DNA from: Lepidodermella squamata | Lineage: Eukaryota > Animalia > Gastrotricha | Direction: 5' to 3' | Assembly (NCBI GenBank): GCA_047495785.1 | Contig: JBLDXI010000024.1 | Coordinates: 2,418,001-2,482,000 of the forward strand | DNA length: 64,000 nt | Shown here: positions 36,553 through 47,180 of the stretch, in pieces | How positions within the stretch are numbered: the first letter of the stretch is position 1 | How the letters are laid out: each line of letters opens with the position of its first letter | Translations under genes and position numbers: made by a program | The notes under the pieces: model-generated | Databases searched by the model: none | What the model saw: the letters and a program-made list of their open reading frames with translations, nothing else | Told to the model about the DNA's origin: nothing

Positions 36553-37716
36553 TTAAGCGAATGGCTTCCGATCACAAGCTCCCTTCATTCCCGGGAACTG
36601 GTGTAAAGCGAAATCGACGATCCAAATCAAGGCAATGGTTGATATGAAGAAAGGATACGGCGCTAAGATGGTCTCGAAAATTTCAGCATGAAGACCGCCC
36701 AGCCAAGCCGCCACACTCATCGCTACCAGAGTCGCCGATTCTAGCGCGTAAGCTGCAAGGACCAGCTGGGCTTGAGCACTGTGTTCGTAGAGACGTGAAA
36801 CCGGTAGAATTGCACAGGCGATCAGGGCGTGGAACATCATTACGGAAATGCAAATTACAGGGCTTGTGTATGTCAGCAATTGTTCGATGTTTTCAACAGC
36901 GGAGTGCTCCTCAGTCAAATAAGACATTAAAGCCTGAACCCCACCGCCGATATCATTTCGATGCATCTGGCCGTAGAGATGGTAGCAAATAGCGAAGGCA
37001 AAGTACAGGATAGCGCTGATAATCAGTGAGCAGTGAGCGATTTTCATGATGAAAGCTGCGTGGGAATTTGCTAATTTCGAAGGCCAGTAAACGCTTTTCG
37101 TGTGTTTAGCCGACGGCGGAGCGAACGATTTCGAATCAACCTTCCATAGGCAATTCACTGCGAAGCCGATGTGAATCAAAAGAGCGGCTAGATTAGCGCA
37201 AATTGCGGCTATGTTGATCCGGAACAAATTCTTGCTGAAAACGCTCAATTTCTTCATTTTGTTCAAAAGACCCGGGGTTGATTCTCGATCGCTGATGATG
37301 ACGTAGCACAGACTTGCAAGTGACGCCAGTAGAAGAACGCCCTGTCCAATGTGGTAAACATTCAGCGATGTAACTTGTTTCGAATTTTTGAAGTTTTTCT
37401 TTGTTGCCAGGAAAAAAGACGCGCAGACGTAACTAACTGCTGTTGTGAACGGAATTGCCATGATGATGAGGCTGCGGTAGCAATCTGTAACGCAAGACTC
37501 GGTATTTTTCGATAAAGCATCGTCGACAATTGAAATTGAGGACAGTAATTTGCCGACTTTGTTGCTTTTAGCGATCTGCGCTTGCAAGTGGCAAACGCAT
37601 GTCCATCGGCCGACAAAGAGATAGGCGAGTTGGAAGAGGACGAGCCAGAAAAATACGACTCCAACGAGGCAGCCGGCTATTTTCAAGGCAATAGCTGCCT
37701 TCTCATTTCGAAACAT
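36553..37716 (-). CDS. Uncharacterised intronless multipass membrane protein (~8 TM, two 4-TM halves)
   Basis: Long open frame with eight hydrophobic segments from MFRNEK (ATG at 37716). The upstream GTG extension in the ORF track looks non-coding. Confidence 0.65.
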   Translation of the reverse strand: MFRNEKAAIALKIAGCLVGVVFFWLVLFQLAYLFVGRWTCVCHLQAQIAKSNKVGKLLSSISIVDDALSKNTESCVTDCYRSLIIMAIPFTTAVSYVCASFFLATKKNFKNSKQVTSLNVYHIGQGVLLLASLASLCYVIISDRESTPGLLNKMKKLSVFSKNLFRINIAAICANLAALLIHIGFAVNCLWKVDSKSFAPPSAKHTKSVYWPSKLANSHAAFIMKIAHCSLIISAILYFAFAICYHLYGQMHRNDIGGGVQALMSYLTEEHSAVENIEQLLTYTSPVICISVMMFHALIACAILPVSRLYEHSAQAQLVLAAYALESATLVAMSVAAWLGGLHAEIFETILAPYPFFISTIALIWIVDFALHQFPGMKGACDRKPFA

Positions 37717-38783
37717 TCTAATTAAAGTGGAATAAATTAGTAATAAATTAGAATTATTTAAATTTTCGTATGAGTGAGAAGATTTGAGACTGTCCAGTGT
37801 AAAAACGTAGCAGTAGTATTTATGACTTTTTGATAATATTTTGAAAACAAATACATCTCGAGCATCATCTTTCAGCGGCGTCTCATCATGCTTTCTTTCA
37901 GCGTTTTGACGCGCGTTTCGCAACTGAAGTACAATGCGCGCGCAAAACAAACGCGCACAAAGGTGTTGCAGTTTGAATTGCGCCGTGTCGCTCATTGACA
38001 GCATTTTCTGAAAAACGCATGTTTCTTTTAAATATTTAGTTTCGCGCGCTATACGTATATCAGGTATACGATGATGCGATAGCACCGAGCATTTTCGCTG
38101 AAATTGTGAACAGTAAACAATTGGTATATGGTACAGCTATATATCAGACGCTGCAGAAAACCAACTGTATGTTATTGCGATAACAAACCGGCATTCTTCA
38201 TCTCTTGCATCGCGGCAGATAATAACACACTTTTGGAAGCGAGCCTATGCTGTCAAAAATTACGGCTGCCATAAAAATATGCATCATCAGCGCTCGGCTG
38301 CGATTTTATTGCCAGAGATAATCAATCAGATTTGTATACTGGCGGAACAACATTTTAATTAATCCCAACATACGGTATGTAAGAATGCCAATATGGTAGC
38401 CATGTTGTTAAGGTGGATTTCATAGGAAAATATATTTTCTAAGGAAGAAACTAAGATAGTAGCACACTTGCTTATATCCTTTTCCTTCTGCTTGGTTATT
38501 TGCGAAAATAGATAGAAATTGGATCATGAGCTCGCGAGACAAAATGTGAAGCAAAAGGCACTGTATTATAAAAAAAGTCGAAAACTAGAATGATATCGGA
38601 TATTACAAAGCGATTAAACCTCTAGTTTTTTAGCGTTTCTTGACGTTTTTGTTTCTCCGTGAAAAAAACCAGTCACCTTCATGGTATCAACGACCACATT
38701 TAAATTAGTTATTTTTATTTTATGAAAATTAGCAAGCTTTGGAACACCGGGTGATTGTAGGGCTGTTCAATTACTATTGAGTC

Positions 38784-41700
38784 CTAGCCAATTTTTTCAT
38801 AGAGGTCATCGTCAGGATTGGCCTCAACGGTTTCTGTTGGCCTGTATGATTCATTTAGTTTCACAGTGAAAGTATCACTCGGCTTTTCGTAGCCTTCGTC
38901 CGGGCCAAAATCAGCCGCTTCTTCGCCTTCCGTCATTTCCCGCACGGGCTCGTTGTCATAATGATGCTCATTGACGTAGGCGGGCTGTGAAGGATTTGCT
39001 GCGTCAGCAGTCTTTTGCTTTCTACTAACAACTTCGATTTCAATATCCTCACTCGGTTTAGGCACTTCGCTATTGCGTTTGCTCGAATTACGACGATTGT
39101 AATAGTACAACCCTCCAACTACGAGGACAGCTGCTATCGCGAAAAATCCAAGAACACCGAAAACAATGCCCAGAATCATGCCAATATCGTCACCAGAACT
39201 CTCTTCATCGATGACCGGGCTTTTCAACTCGACCTCGACAACATGGTAACGAACATTACCAGCTACGTCACTTGACAATATTTCAATAGTGTCGAAACAG
39301 CAGCTTGCCTTAAGGGTTCCCGTTACTCTCGAATTCTTATCGCCCTCGACAAAATTGGTATGAGAAAATGACGTAAAGTGGCTGGAACAATTAGCCACGC
39401 ATTTGGGTCCGATGTCTCCGGAAATTTCACTGCGAGCTAGAATGGTCGCTAAGCCGCTCTCAGAGTCGTTGAAAGCGAATGAAATTTCGAAAGTCGAGGC
39501 CCCACACTCTTCCACTAACAAATTTTGGCACAGCGCCAAGTCGCTTTTGACAACGTCTATTGTCGGCGGCGTTGAGTCGATGAATTCCGGCATAACAATC
39601 AAACTTGAGGTGGCGTAGTTTCTAGATGCCCCAGTAACCGAAACACTAGCGGTGACAGTGCTTACGAAACCAACTAAGGAAGCATTAGTAACCGAAAGCC
39701 AAGCACTCAATGTGGCCGATTCATTGGTCTCGAGATAACTCTTCGTGATTTTGTACATTTCTACAAATTCAGCAGTATCGGTAATACTGAATACTATATC
39801 ACTCGCTGGGCCGAAGTTGGTGACGCGGTAATTCAGAATCAAAGGTCTGTTGACTTGGATGAAGGTAATCGGGTCTTCATCTGAGCTTTCAATGTCGACG
39901 TAGGCTGGTGTGAACAGGTTTGACTGTAGCCGTTCGAATGCAACACCGTTCGATACGCCACTTACAGAGATACGGAAAGGCACTTGGGGCACGGTAATTT
40001 TAGCTGAAAACTGAGCCTCCCCACTTTGAGTGACTTTCGGCCGTTCCAATGTTGTACGAGCCTCGTTGCATAGGACAATGTTTTTGATGACTGCACCAGA
40101 TGAGGAGTCACCTAAGAGCTCTACGTTGACGGAAAGCTCCGAACCAGCTATCGGTTGGGATTCCAGGGAGAAAAAACCAGGGTGACCTTCGTATTTGGCG
40201 ACCCCAATCGCAGCTCGAACTCCAAAGGTCGAGATGCCCCTGACTTGAAGCGTGAAAGGCGTTCTCGACAAAATGTCAACTTTATAATTCGCCGGGGATG
40301 GTTTTTCCAGTTTAATGGTTTTAACTGTACTCAAATCTAAGGGTCTCGAGATTGGTAAGGAAGAAGAGCTCTGTGCTAGTTGCAAATTCAGCGATGTCAA
40401 GGTTCCGCTAGTGGCCGAAGCTTCTACAACTAGCTCTTCGATAGAGCTATCGACGTCGAAGAAGTAGCTTTTGACGAAATCGTAGCCAGGCGCGGTCACG
40501 TGCATAATGTCGACTGTTGGCTTCAGGATGTCCTCTGCATTGATTAGTTCAAGACTTACCGCAGCGACATCGTCATTGGTCGTAGAAACCTGAAGCGATG
40601 AAATTAGATTGTAATATTAATGTTAACTTCATGAAATTTACCATATGACCTCCAGTAGAGCTCGCAATGGCTTGATAAATTGTTTTGTCGACTTCATCAT
40701 CGGCGTATTGCAAACTATCCCTCCGATATGATAGAGGGTCCGTTAGCAAGAAATTGATTTCAGCTTTCTTCTCCGCAGCTAGCGACTCTACCTCGTCCAA
40801 TAGGTACTTATCCTTCGCATTAGCGTCGGTGAAGACAAACAGCTTCGAGTTGTACTCGCAGACCTTCAACGCAGCTAATATGCCACTAAGACACATTTCA
40901 GGCTCATCCCCACCATCTCCGTGAATCCCAGCGTACAACAAATCGATTTCATACTTGAATATGTCGACGTCTTCAGTGACTAAAAGTGGCCCGACTTGAG
41001 GGTCGTTGAACGGACTGAGGATGTAATTGACTGGTGGTTCGGGTTGGGTTTTCATCTCATCAGCGAGAAGTTTAGCTGTTTCCTGGGCTGCCGCAATTGA
41101 ATTCCACATTGATGAAGTTGTATCCATTACAATTGCCAAACTCCCGAAACCACCCGTCAATCCGAGAAATCTGCCGAAACGGCGATCGCCAACTTGATCC
41201 CAAACGTCCCGCAACATATCAAACGTCGCATCACGAGCCATAGCAGCCGCTTTATCGTGGTATTTGTAATTGGGAGAAAATAGCTCGATATTCGTGTCCT
41301 TATTTATCCCGCCAGTGCCTGGAATTTGGGAGCTTGAATCGAAAATTCCACCATGGCTACATTTCCCGCCTTGGCTTGGCTTAGTGATAGACTGGCCACC
41401 GAAATAACCCGAGGTTACCTTGCTGGTTTGAAGATGTTTCCCGTCGCAACGATAGATTGGGGCGCAAATTTCCAAGTCAACAATAGGCACCTGAAAAATA
41501 AAAAAATGTATGAAAAATCCACTTTAATTAAATTTGTACCTTAATGCATCCTCCGTTGGGTAATGCGCAAACTTCTTGGCAATTTGACGTAAAGGGGACA
41601 CAGAAGGTATAACAGTCCAACCGTTTACAGTTGCCACACGTTTTGTCCTTTGGAAGAGCTAGATTCCCCAGATCGTTATGCCTCGCAATCGCTGGATTTG

Positions 41701-42232
41701 TCTTCGATTTCCCGAGTTCAATCCAATTCGAGTGAGAGTAAAAATCCTGCAGCGTGTGCATGACTCGGCCAATGCTCTGCCTGGCCGTTACGTAATTTTC
41801 AGATTCTTTCATCGCCTGAATCGCTGATTGTTTCGTCGTGATTATAGCTTGATTCGATTCATAGAAAGACTCTCCGTCGAAATGAGCGTAGGGATTTTTC
41901 GACTCTTTTTTATCCACCTGGGAATTAGCGTCGATTATCACCTTTTGCACGTCATCATACTGCCGGCATGACAGGCCGTTTTCAATACAGGCAGCTTTTA
42001 CGTCTGTTGAAGAAATGCAACCAGCCAAGGCTCGGCTTGATGATTTCGAGCCATTTCCGACTTTATTCAAAAACTGCAGGGCAATTTTGTTGAGGGCGCA
42101 TGCAGAAATTTCAGCGTGATGGCTGCCTATTTTACCATAGACTGAATAAAGTGGATTCGGCAGGAATCCGATCGTGGAAGCTATAAGGGTGGACAAGAGA
42201 ATTCCTGCTACAAGGCCGTTATAAGCTACCAT
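38784..42232 (-). CDS. VWA7 (G7c)-like protein with C-terminal TM and Tyr-motif cytoplasmic tail; exons 42232-41540, 41490-40642, 40589-38784
   Basis: Signal peptide then GFLPN; HFDGESF, GRVMHTLQDFYSHSNWIE, TSGYF..GKCSHGG, GGINKD; vWA motifs LAIVMDTTSSM, YILSPFNDP, GGDEPEMCLSG and FVFTDA; TM MILGIVFGVLGFFAIAAVLVVGGLYYY. Confidence 0.88.
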
Positions 42233-43075
42233 TTTAGTATAAAAATAAAAAACAGTTTTGTTATCAACTCTACTACACTTTTATATTATGCTCGCATTGG
42301 GGCACCGTCAAATTAGATAAGCAGAGCCATCGAAATGTTCTCCAATGGGCGTTTCCTTATACCAACATTACGGTAGCTTTAGCCGTTGACCCATTTCTGC
42401 CTCAACCAATGTGGCGGTGTTAATTCCTGCCTGCATTCTCTTGGGATTAGTTTTACTTAGATTATTGAAATCTGAAACCATAGCTACAAATTAATTGGGG
42501 TCAGCATAGACACCGGAGAAGTCTTTAGGATGCGATAAGGGATAAGGATTAGAAAACAATTTTGATAGACCTAAGACATGCCTAAGACATAAGTCACCGC
42601 TAGCATAAATAAGTGCAGTTTGCTAATCAGTCGTATTCTGAAATATCGCTAGGCCTGTCTCGATTTAAGTAATCACAGTCTGATTTTCGAAGTCACTCAG
42701 GTCTTAACTACAACAGGCTTGAACATACCTAAGTAACTGCTGCAATTAGATTAGCGAATATCGCACACATCGTTATTAATATGCGTTTATTTCACCGTGC
42801 GTTTATTCACGATTTACAACCGACAAAGACTATTAACAATTAACGATTCGGAAATTAGCCGTATGAGTTATGACAACATCATGTTACTTGTTCGAGATAG
42901 TTTACAACTTTCGTCGCTGTGCCTCAGAAATCAGAAATATGTACTACTAACAAATTCTATTGAGTCGGAGAAAAGTCTTTATCATTTTATCCGACGTGTT
43001 ATAGAGATCAGATTTCACAGAATAAGACATGGACATAAAATGTTAAGACTAGCACGTTCCCCACCTCTCAGTTGA

Positions 43076-45622
43076 TTACTTTTTGATGCGTTGAAGGAGA
43101 GTATAACTCATGGTGACGCTCGCGCTCATCGAATAAAGTAGCCCCATAAATGCGACAGCTATATGCTGGCTTTTCTCATCGTCCAAGGTGAAAACAACTA
43201 GGATGAAGCAAAGCAGTAAAGAGAAACCATTCAGAGGGCCAAGAATAACGCCTGTGATCTCGGAGCAGATATTGCTTGCCATTGTCTTTAACCGCTGTTT
43301 TACTCGGTATCCTTGATAAGTGCAGTATGCCTGCAAAACCACGTGAAGAAAGGCCAGAGAAGTCATCCAGGATATGGCGTTTGCTGAGGTGCAGATTTCC
43401 GTGGAGACGTCGTAGTATATGTCTGATACGTGGTCATAATTGCTGGCACTCTGTGCTACGACAGTACGGCAAGACAGAGAGTCTGAAAGCAGCCAGCTAG
43501 CCAAAATTAGAAGGTTAATACCCATGAAGATCGTAGTGAGACCCAACGTTTTTCGGTCGATGCCGTTTTCCAATTCCGACACCACGGTGCTAGAATGGCG
43601 ACCTCGATTTCTGCTACTGTTTGAGATTGTTAGGACGACCCCTCTTTGATTGAAATTCGACAGCTGGGGTTTCGCATCAACCAAATTTTGCCGAGAAACA
43701 GGTGATACTGTGATAACGTTTTCGCATCCCGCGAAACTAACCGTTCGGCGTTGAAGATCGGGTGTTATAGGTGGGCTGTCACCTGGCGGCGTATCGACTT
43801 CAGCTTTCACGATAACGATTTGAGCCTTAGAATGATTCCTTGGAGCCTTGAAGATGCTGAGTAATTGGCTATTCCGGTTGGATCTTGGAATCTTGGGCAT
43901 TTTAGGCAGTTTCCGAGCGAGAAAAAACGCCCGGAATGAAATAACTCCATTCAAAATCGATAGAGAAATAATTAGTAGAACTAGCCTTACTACAGCAATA
44001 GCAAAGCTACTCGCACCACCTTTTACGGAGAACGCGATTGCAGCTCCATTAAGACCTAAGCATCCGAAATAGCCGAAAATCTTAGCAAGAGGAGAATTAA
44101 CAATATGTATTTTGCAAGCATCTTTCACTGTTAGAATAATTGCCGATAATTGAAATGAGGAAATCATGACTGCGAGGATAACTACAGTGAACGATATTTC
44201 GCTGGGAACGTCGTCTTTCAAGGTAATGACAATATATTGATCTCGAGGTGGCTTGCCATTGTTATTCCAAGCTGCCCAATCCCATGGTTCAAATGCGAAT
44301 GCTTGGAATCTGCCCGAGAAAGATCCTTTAGTTTCATCAACCTGCGAGATGTGAAACTTGAACTGGAACCCTTTTCTGTCATAGTACGAGAACAAAACCT
44401 TGTCATTTTCGGCATATCCCCGCTTGCTGAAACGAAGCTGGGTGCGTAGGCCGGATACGTTGACGGTCAGCACAGATTCGTTCACGATTCTCATTACCAA
44501 GCCTGGGTTGGTATTCATAGCTCTCAGCGACATGTTGTATTCCCGTTTTAAACGGTTATCCGCGTCTTGCAATGCGAAAATTCCCATCAATGTAGCGTCG
44601 TGACACACGTATTTCAGTGACCCAGCTGATTTGAGCCGAGGTTGCTTCAAGTAAGCGAACATCTGCTCTTCGAAGTAGGTAGTATTATACCCCAGCTCGC
44701 TAACCCGGCTATCGTCAAGAACCTGGATTACAGCCCCGAAGAAAATTGAGTTGTAGAATTGCTGGCGAATTATTTCTTTATTGCAGGTATTGTCAACTAT
44801 ATTTGCGGGGTTGATGAAATCAGGTTCACCAGCGAGTGGGTTTGCCAGGAAAAATAGGTATCTGGACCCAGTTAGACCAGCATGCCAAGCCATGCAAAGG
44901 AATCGCCATAGTAGCACCTCCTGAGTGATGTAGACCACAATTATTCGGACCTCATGGAAAATTAGATCGTTTATAACATCATCAGTTATCTCTAACACAA
45001 CGTTGAATGTTGGAACATGAATTCCGTTAGCCGATGCGTATTTCTCGACGTATGAGGCCGCTGCATAATCCTGGGGCGAACCGACAATCGTGAGAACACC
45101 AACCTTGGTCCATTTGCCGACTTGCTTGAAAATGTTGACCAATGCAATAGCATTCAACTCGCCGTTTCCCTGGACGTTGTAGAGGTTTGGATAGGTTACG
45201 TGGTCTGATAGATAGGGTGCGTTGCAGGCCATTGCAAGACCGACCATGTCAAAGTAAGTTAGCGGTTTCCCCATTGGCTTACATCCGATCGAAAAGAAGG
45301 GCCCAACGATGACAGGAGAGCGAATGAGACCATCATCTGGGCGATTTTCCCACATTCTCCCATATCGGACGATTTCTCGCACTGGTGCGTATCCGAGGGT
45401 GAAACCCTCCTCGTCACGGATATCCGGTACCAAATTGTAGTCAGGCAGGATGTCTGATCGTTTATTGACATTTTCGATTGCGATTTTTACTGCCGGTAAA
45501 CAAGCCTCATGTGTAAGAGGGAAAATTTGCAGCAAAGAAAGGTTGTATTTTTTAGACTGACTCGAAACTACAAGCGTATACGAAGCCAGCAGCAATAATA
45601 TTTTCTGTAGTTTCTGCATCAT
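43076..45622 (-). CDS. GABA-B-like class C GPCR (Venus flytrap + 7TM, no Cys-rich domain), intronless, copy 1
   Basis: Signal peptide; PAVKIAIENVNKRSDILPDYNL, IVGPFFSIGC, PYLSDHVTYPNLY, W....PPRD; seven hydrophobic helices with ECL2 motif EICTS. Confidence 0.88.
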   Translation of the reverse strand: MMQKLQKILLLLASYTLVVSSQSKKYNLSLLQIFPLTHEACLPAVKIAIENVNKRSDILPDYNLVPDIRDEEGFTLGYAPVREIVRYGRMWENRPDDGLIRSPVIVGPFFSIGCKPMGKPLTYFDMVGLAMACNAPYLSDHVTYPNLYNVQGNGELNAIALVNIFKQVGKWTKVGVLTIVGSPQDYAAASYVEKYASANGIHVPTFNVVLEITDDVINDLIFHEVRIIVVYITQEVLLWRFLCMAWHAGLTGSRYLFFLANPLAGEPDFINPANIVDNTCNKEIIRQQFYNSIFFGAVIQVLDDSRVSELGYNTTYFEEQMFAYLKQPRLKSAGSLKYVCHDATLMGIFALQDADNRLKREYNMSLRAMNTNPGLVMRIVNESVLTVNVSGLRTQLRFSKRGYAENDKVLFSYYDRKGFQFKFHISQVDETKGSFSGRFQAFAFEPWDWAAWNNNGKPPRDQYIVITLKDDVPSEISFTVVILAVMISSFQLSAIILTVKDACKIHIVNSPLAKIFGYFGCLGLNGAAIAFSVKGGASSFAIAVVRLVLLIISLSILNGVISFRAFFLARKLPKMPKIPRSNRNSQLLSIFKAPRNHSKAQIVIVKAEVDTPPGDSPPITPDLQRRTVSFAGCENVITVSPVSRQNLVDAKPQLSNFNQRGVVLTISNSSRNRGRHSSTVVSELENGIDRKTLGLTTIFMGINLLILASWLLSDSLSCRTVVAQSASNYDHVSDIYYDVSTEICTSANAISWMTSLAFLHVVLQAYCTYQGYRVKQRLKTMASNICSEITGVILGPLNGFSLLLCFILVVFTLDDEKSQHIAVAFMGLLYSMSASVTMSYTLLQRIKK

Positions 45623-46324
45623 CGTGTAATTCCAATCGGACAATTTGAAGTTATGACAAATTCTACGCAATTTGTAAGCTTCTCGGCCTGCGCAAATTTC
45701 GGGTTGAATTACCTCATTAAGAAAGCTTCGTCATGGAGCTGTTCAAATCATTTTGACTTCTACATTAATTTCAGCAAGATATGTGCGTTGACGTACGTGC
45801 CGCATTACTCTTAATTCGTAGTTTCAAATGCCATTTAGACCACCTCCGCATCGAATTATTTGTTCAAATTGCCATCGTAAGTAGCAACTCAACGCTTAAC
45901 GTCCATGTTAATGATGAAGGCAGACTCGCTCAAGTCCGTTCCTTAGCTTGGTAGTAGCAGTTGTCACCTGACTTAATTCGGCACGTTTACCTCGCAATAA
46001 TTTTGCTCCGAAACCCCGCAGACAGTCCGTGCAAACAGTTGTGCTGTATAGTAATTTAAGCACTACATATTCTGAACTCCATTAATGTCTCCGAGTGCTC
46101 CGAGAGTGCTCCAAGAACGGGGGTAATCGAATAATATCGAATAATAGCAATGGCTATTTTTTCCGAACTCGGAAAATCGAGAAAGAATCGGGCAATTGTT
46201 AGAGCGGGCTTTTATTCAAGGCATGCATTAATTGATCTCGACAACAAGCCCAATAGTTAATATGAGTAGCTTCCTCAGGCTTGACAGGTACCCAAACTTT
46301 TTTGTTCCAAGAGGTTCCTTATTT

Positions 46325-46510
46325 CTTTCATAGGTATGCTTTATTATTTCGGGGGTATTGCTTTTCCTGGCTTCAACCTGCTTTTTAATTACATGGCTAT
46401 TATTCGGGGCAGGCTACTCTTAACCGTTGGACCCGGTATTCATGTGCATTTTTAGGGCTATTTTTCGAGGGGGTTATTTGAGGTAGGTTAATATTCGATA
46501 AAATACAGTA
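46325..46510. mobile_element. Partial pogo/Tc2-like MITE end, related to 61585-62139
   Basis: TATTCGGGG / TATTTTTCGAGGGG subterminal units ending in AATATTCGATAAAATACAG-TA. No clear left TIR. Confidence 0.45.
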
Positions 46511-47180
46511 TTTGTCGACGAAAATTCGCCCGATAACATCTAGCCAAAATTGGACAAGTTTGAGCAAAATTAGAGCATCACTGCAGTGGCTTTGGTCTGA
46601 TTTAATTTACATTTTTCAGTAAATCACGAATATTTTTGTAATTCAATAATGTTAATTCAAATGGCAACAATTTCCCCTTTAAATGAATAAAATCATCCAT
46701 CAGACCAGTCTAAATCAATGATTATTAAACCCAGATTTTCTAGCCGCGGGCGCTGAAAGTATGGTGGCGGAGATGAAAGCCATGCATGACTGCGATGGCG
46801 ATGAATCGGATCAATAACACTGAAGAAGACATTGAAGAAGAAAGCAACTGCAAGGTCGAGCAAATTATGCTGCATACATTTCGCGTTTTTTAATTATTAG
46901 CTAATTCTTACCATTATGCCCGTCTGAGTGAGAACATGAGACCGATCAAACCTCCATCAGACTCAAGTAACTCGCGTTCATCTACTCGGACAAGTTAGAC
47001 AGCTGGGCTTTTTTAACTGCAGCGGGACAAACCCGCGCATGAACTTAATTAGCTCGGAAAACGGTGGGAAACGTGATCCTACGACAGTTGCAGCACGAAT
47101 ATAAAACAGGGTCAGTATAGTAGAATTATAGTCATATTTACAGGATTATTTTATACCGAAAAATATCATAATTTTATAAA

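Noticed and set aside
37717-38085. N-terminal 122-aa extension of the 510-aa ORF
   Set aside because: It starts at a non-ATG codon and crosses AT-rich, promoter-like sequence. The hydrophobic protein begins at ATG 37716.
40535-40559. Apparent GTAAGT donor and 25-nt intron in the VWA7-like gene
   Set aside because: The frame reads through without a stop (VSLELINAEDILKPTVDIMHV), and removing 25 nt would shift the frame.
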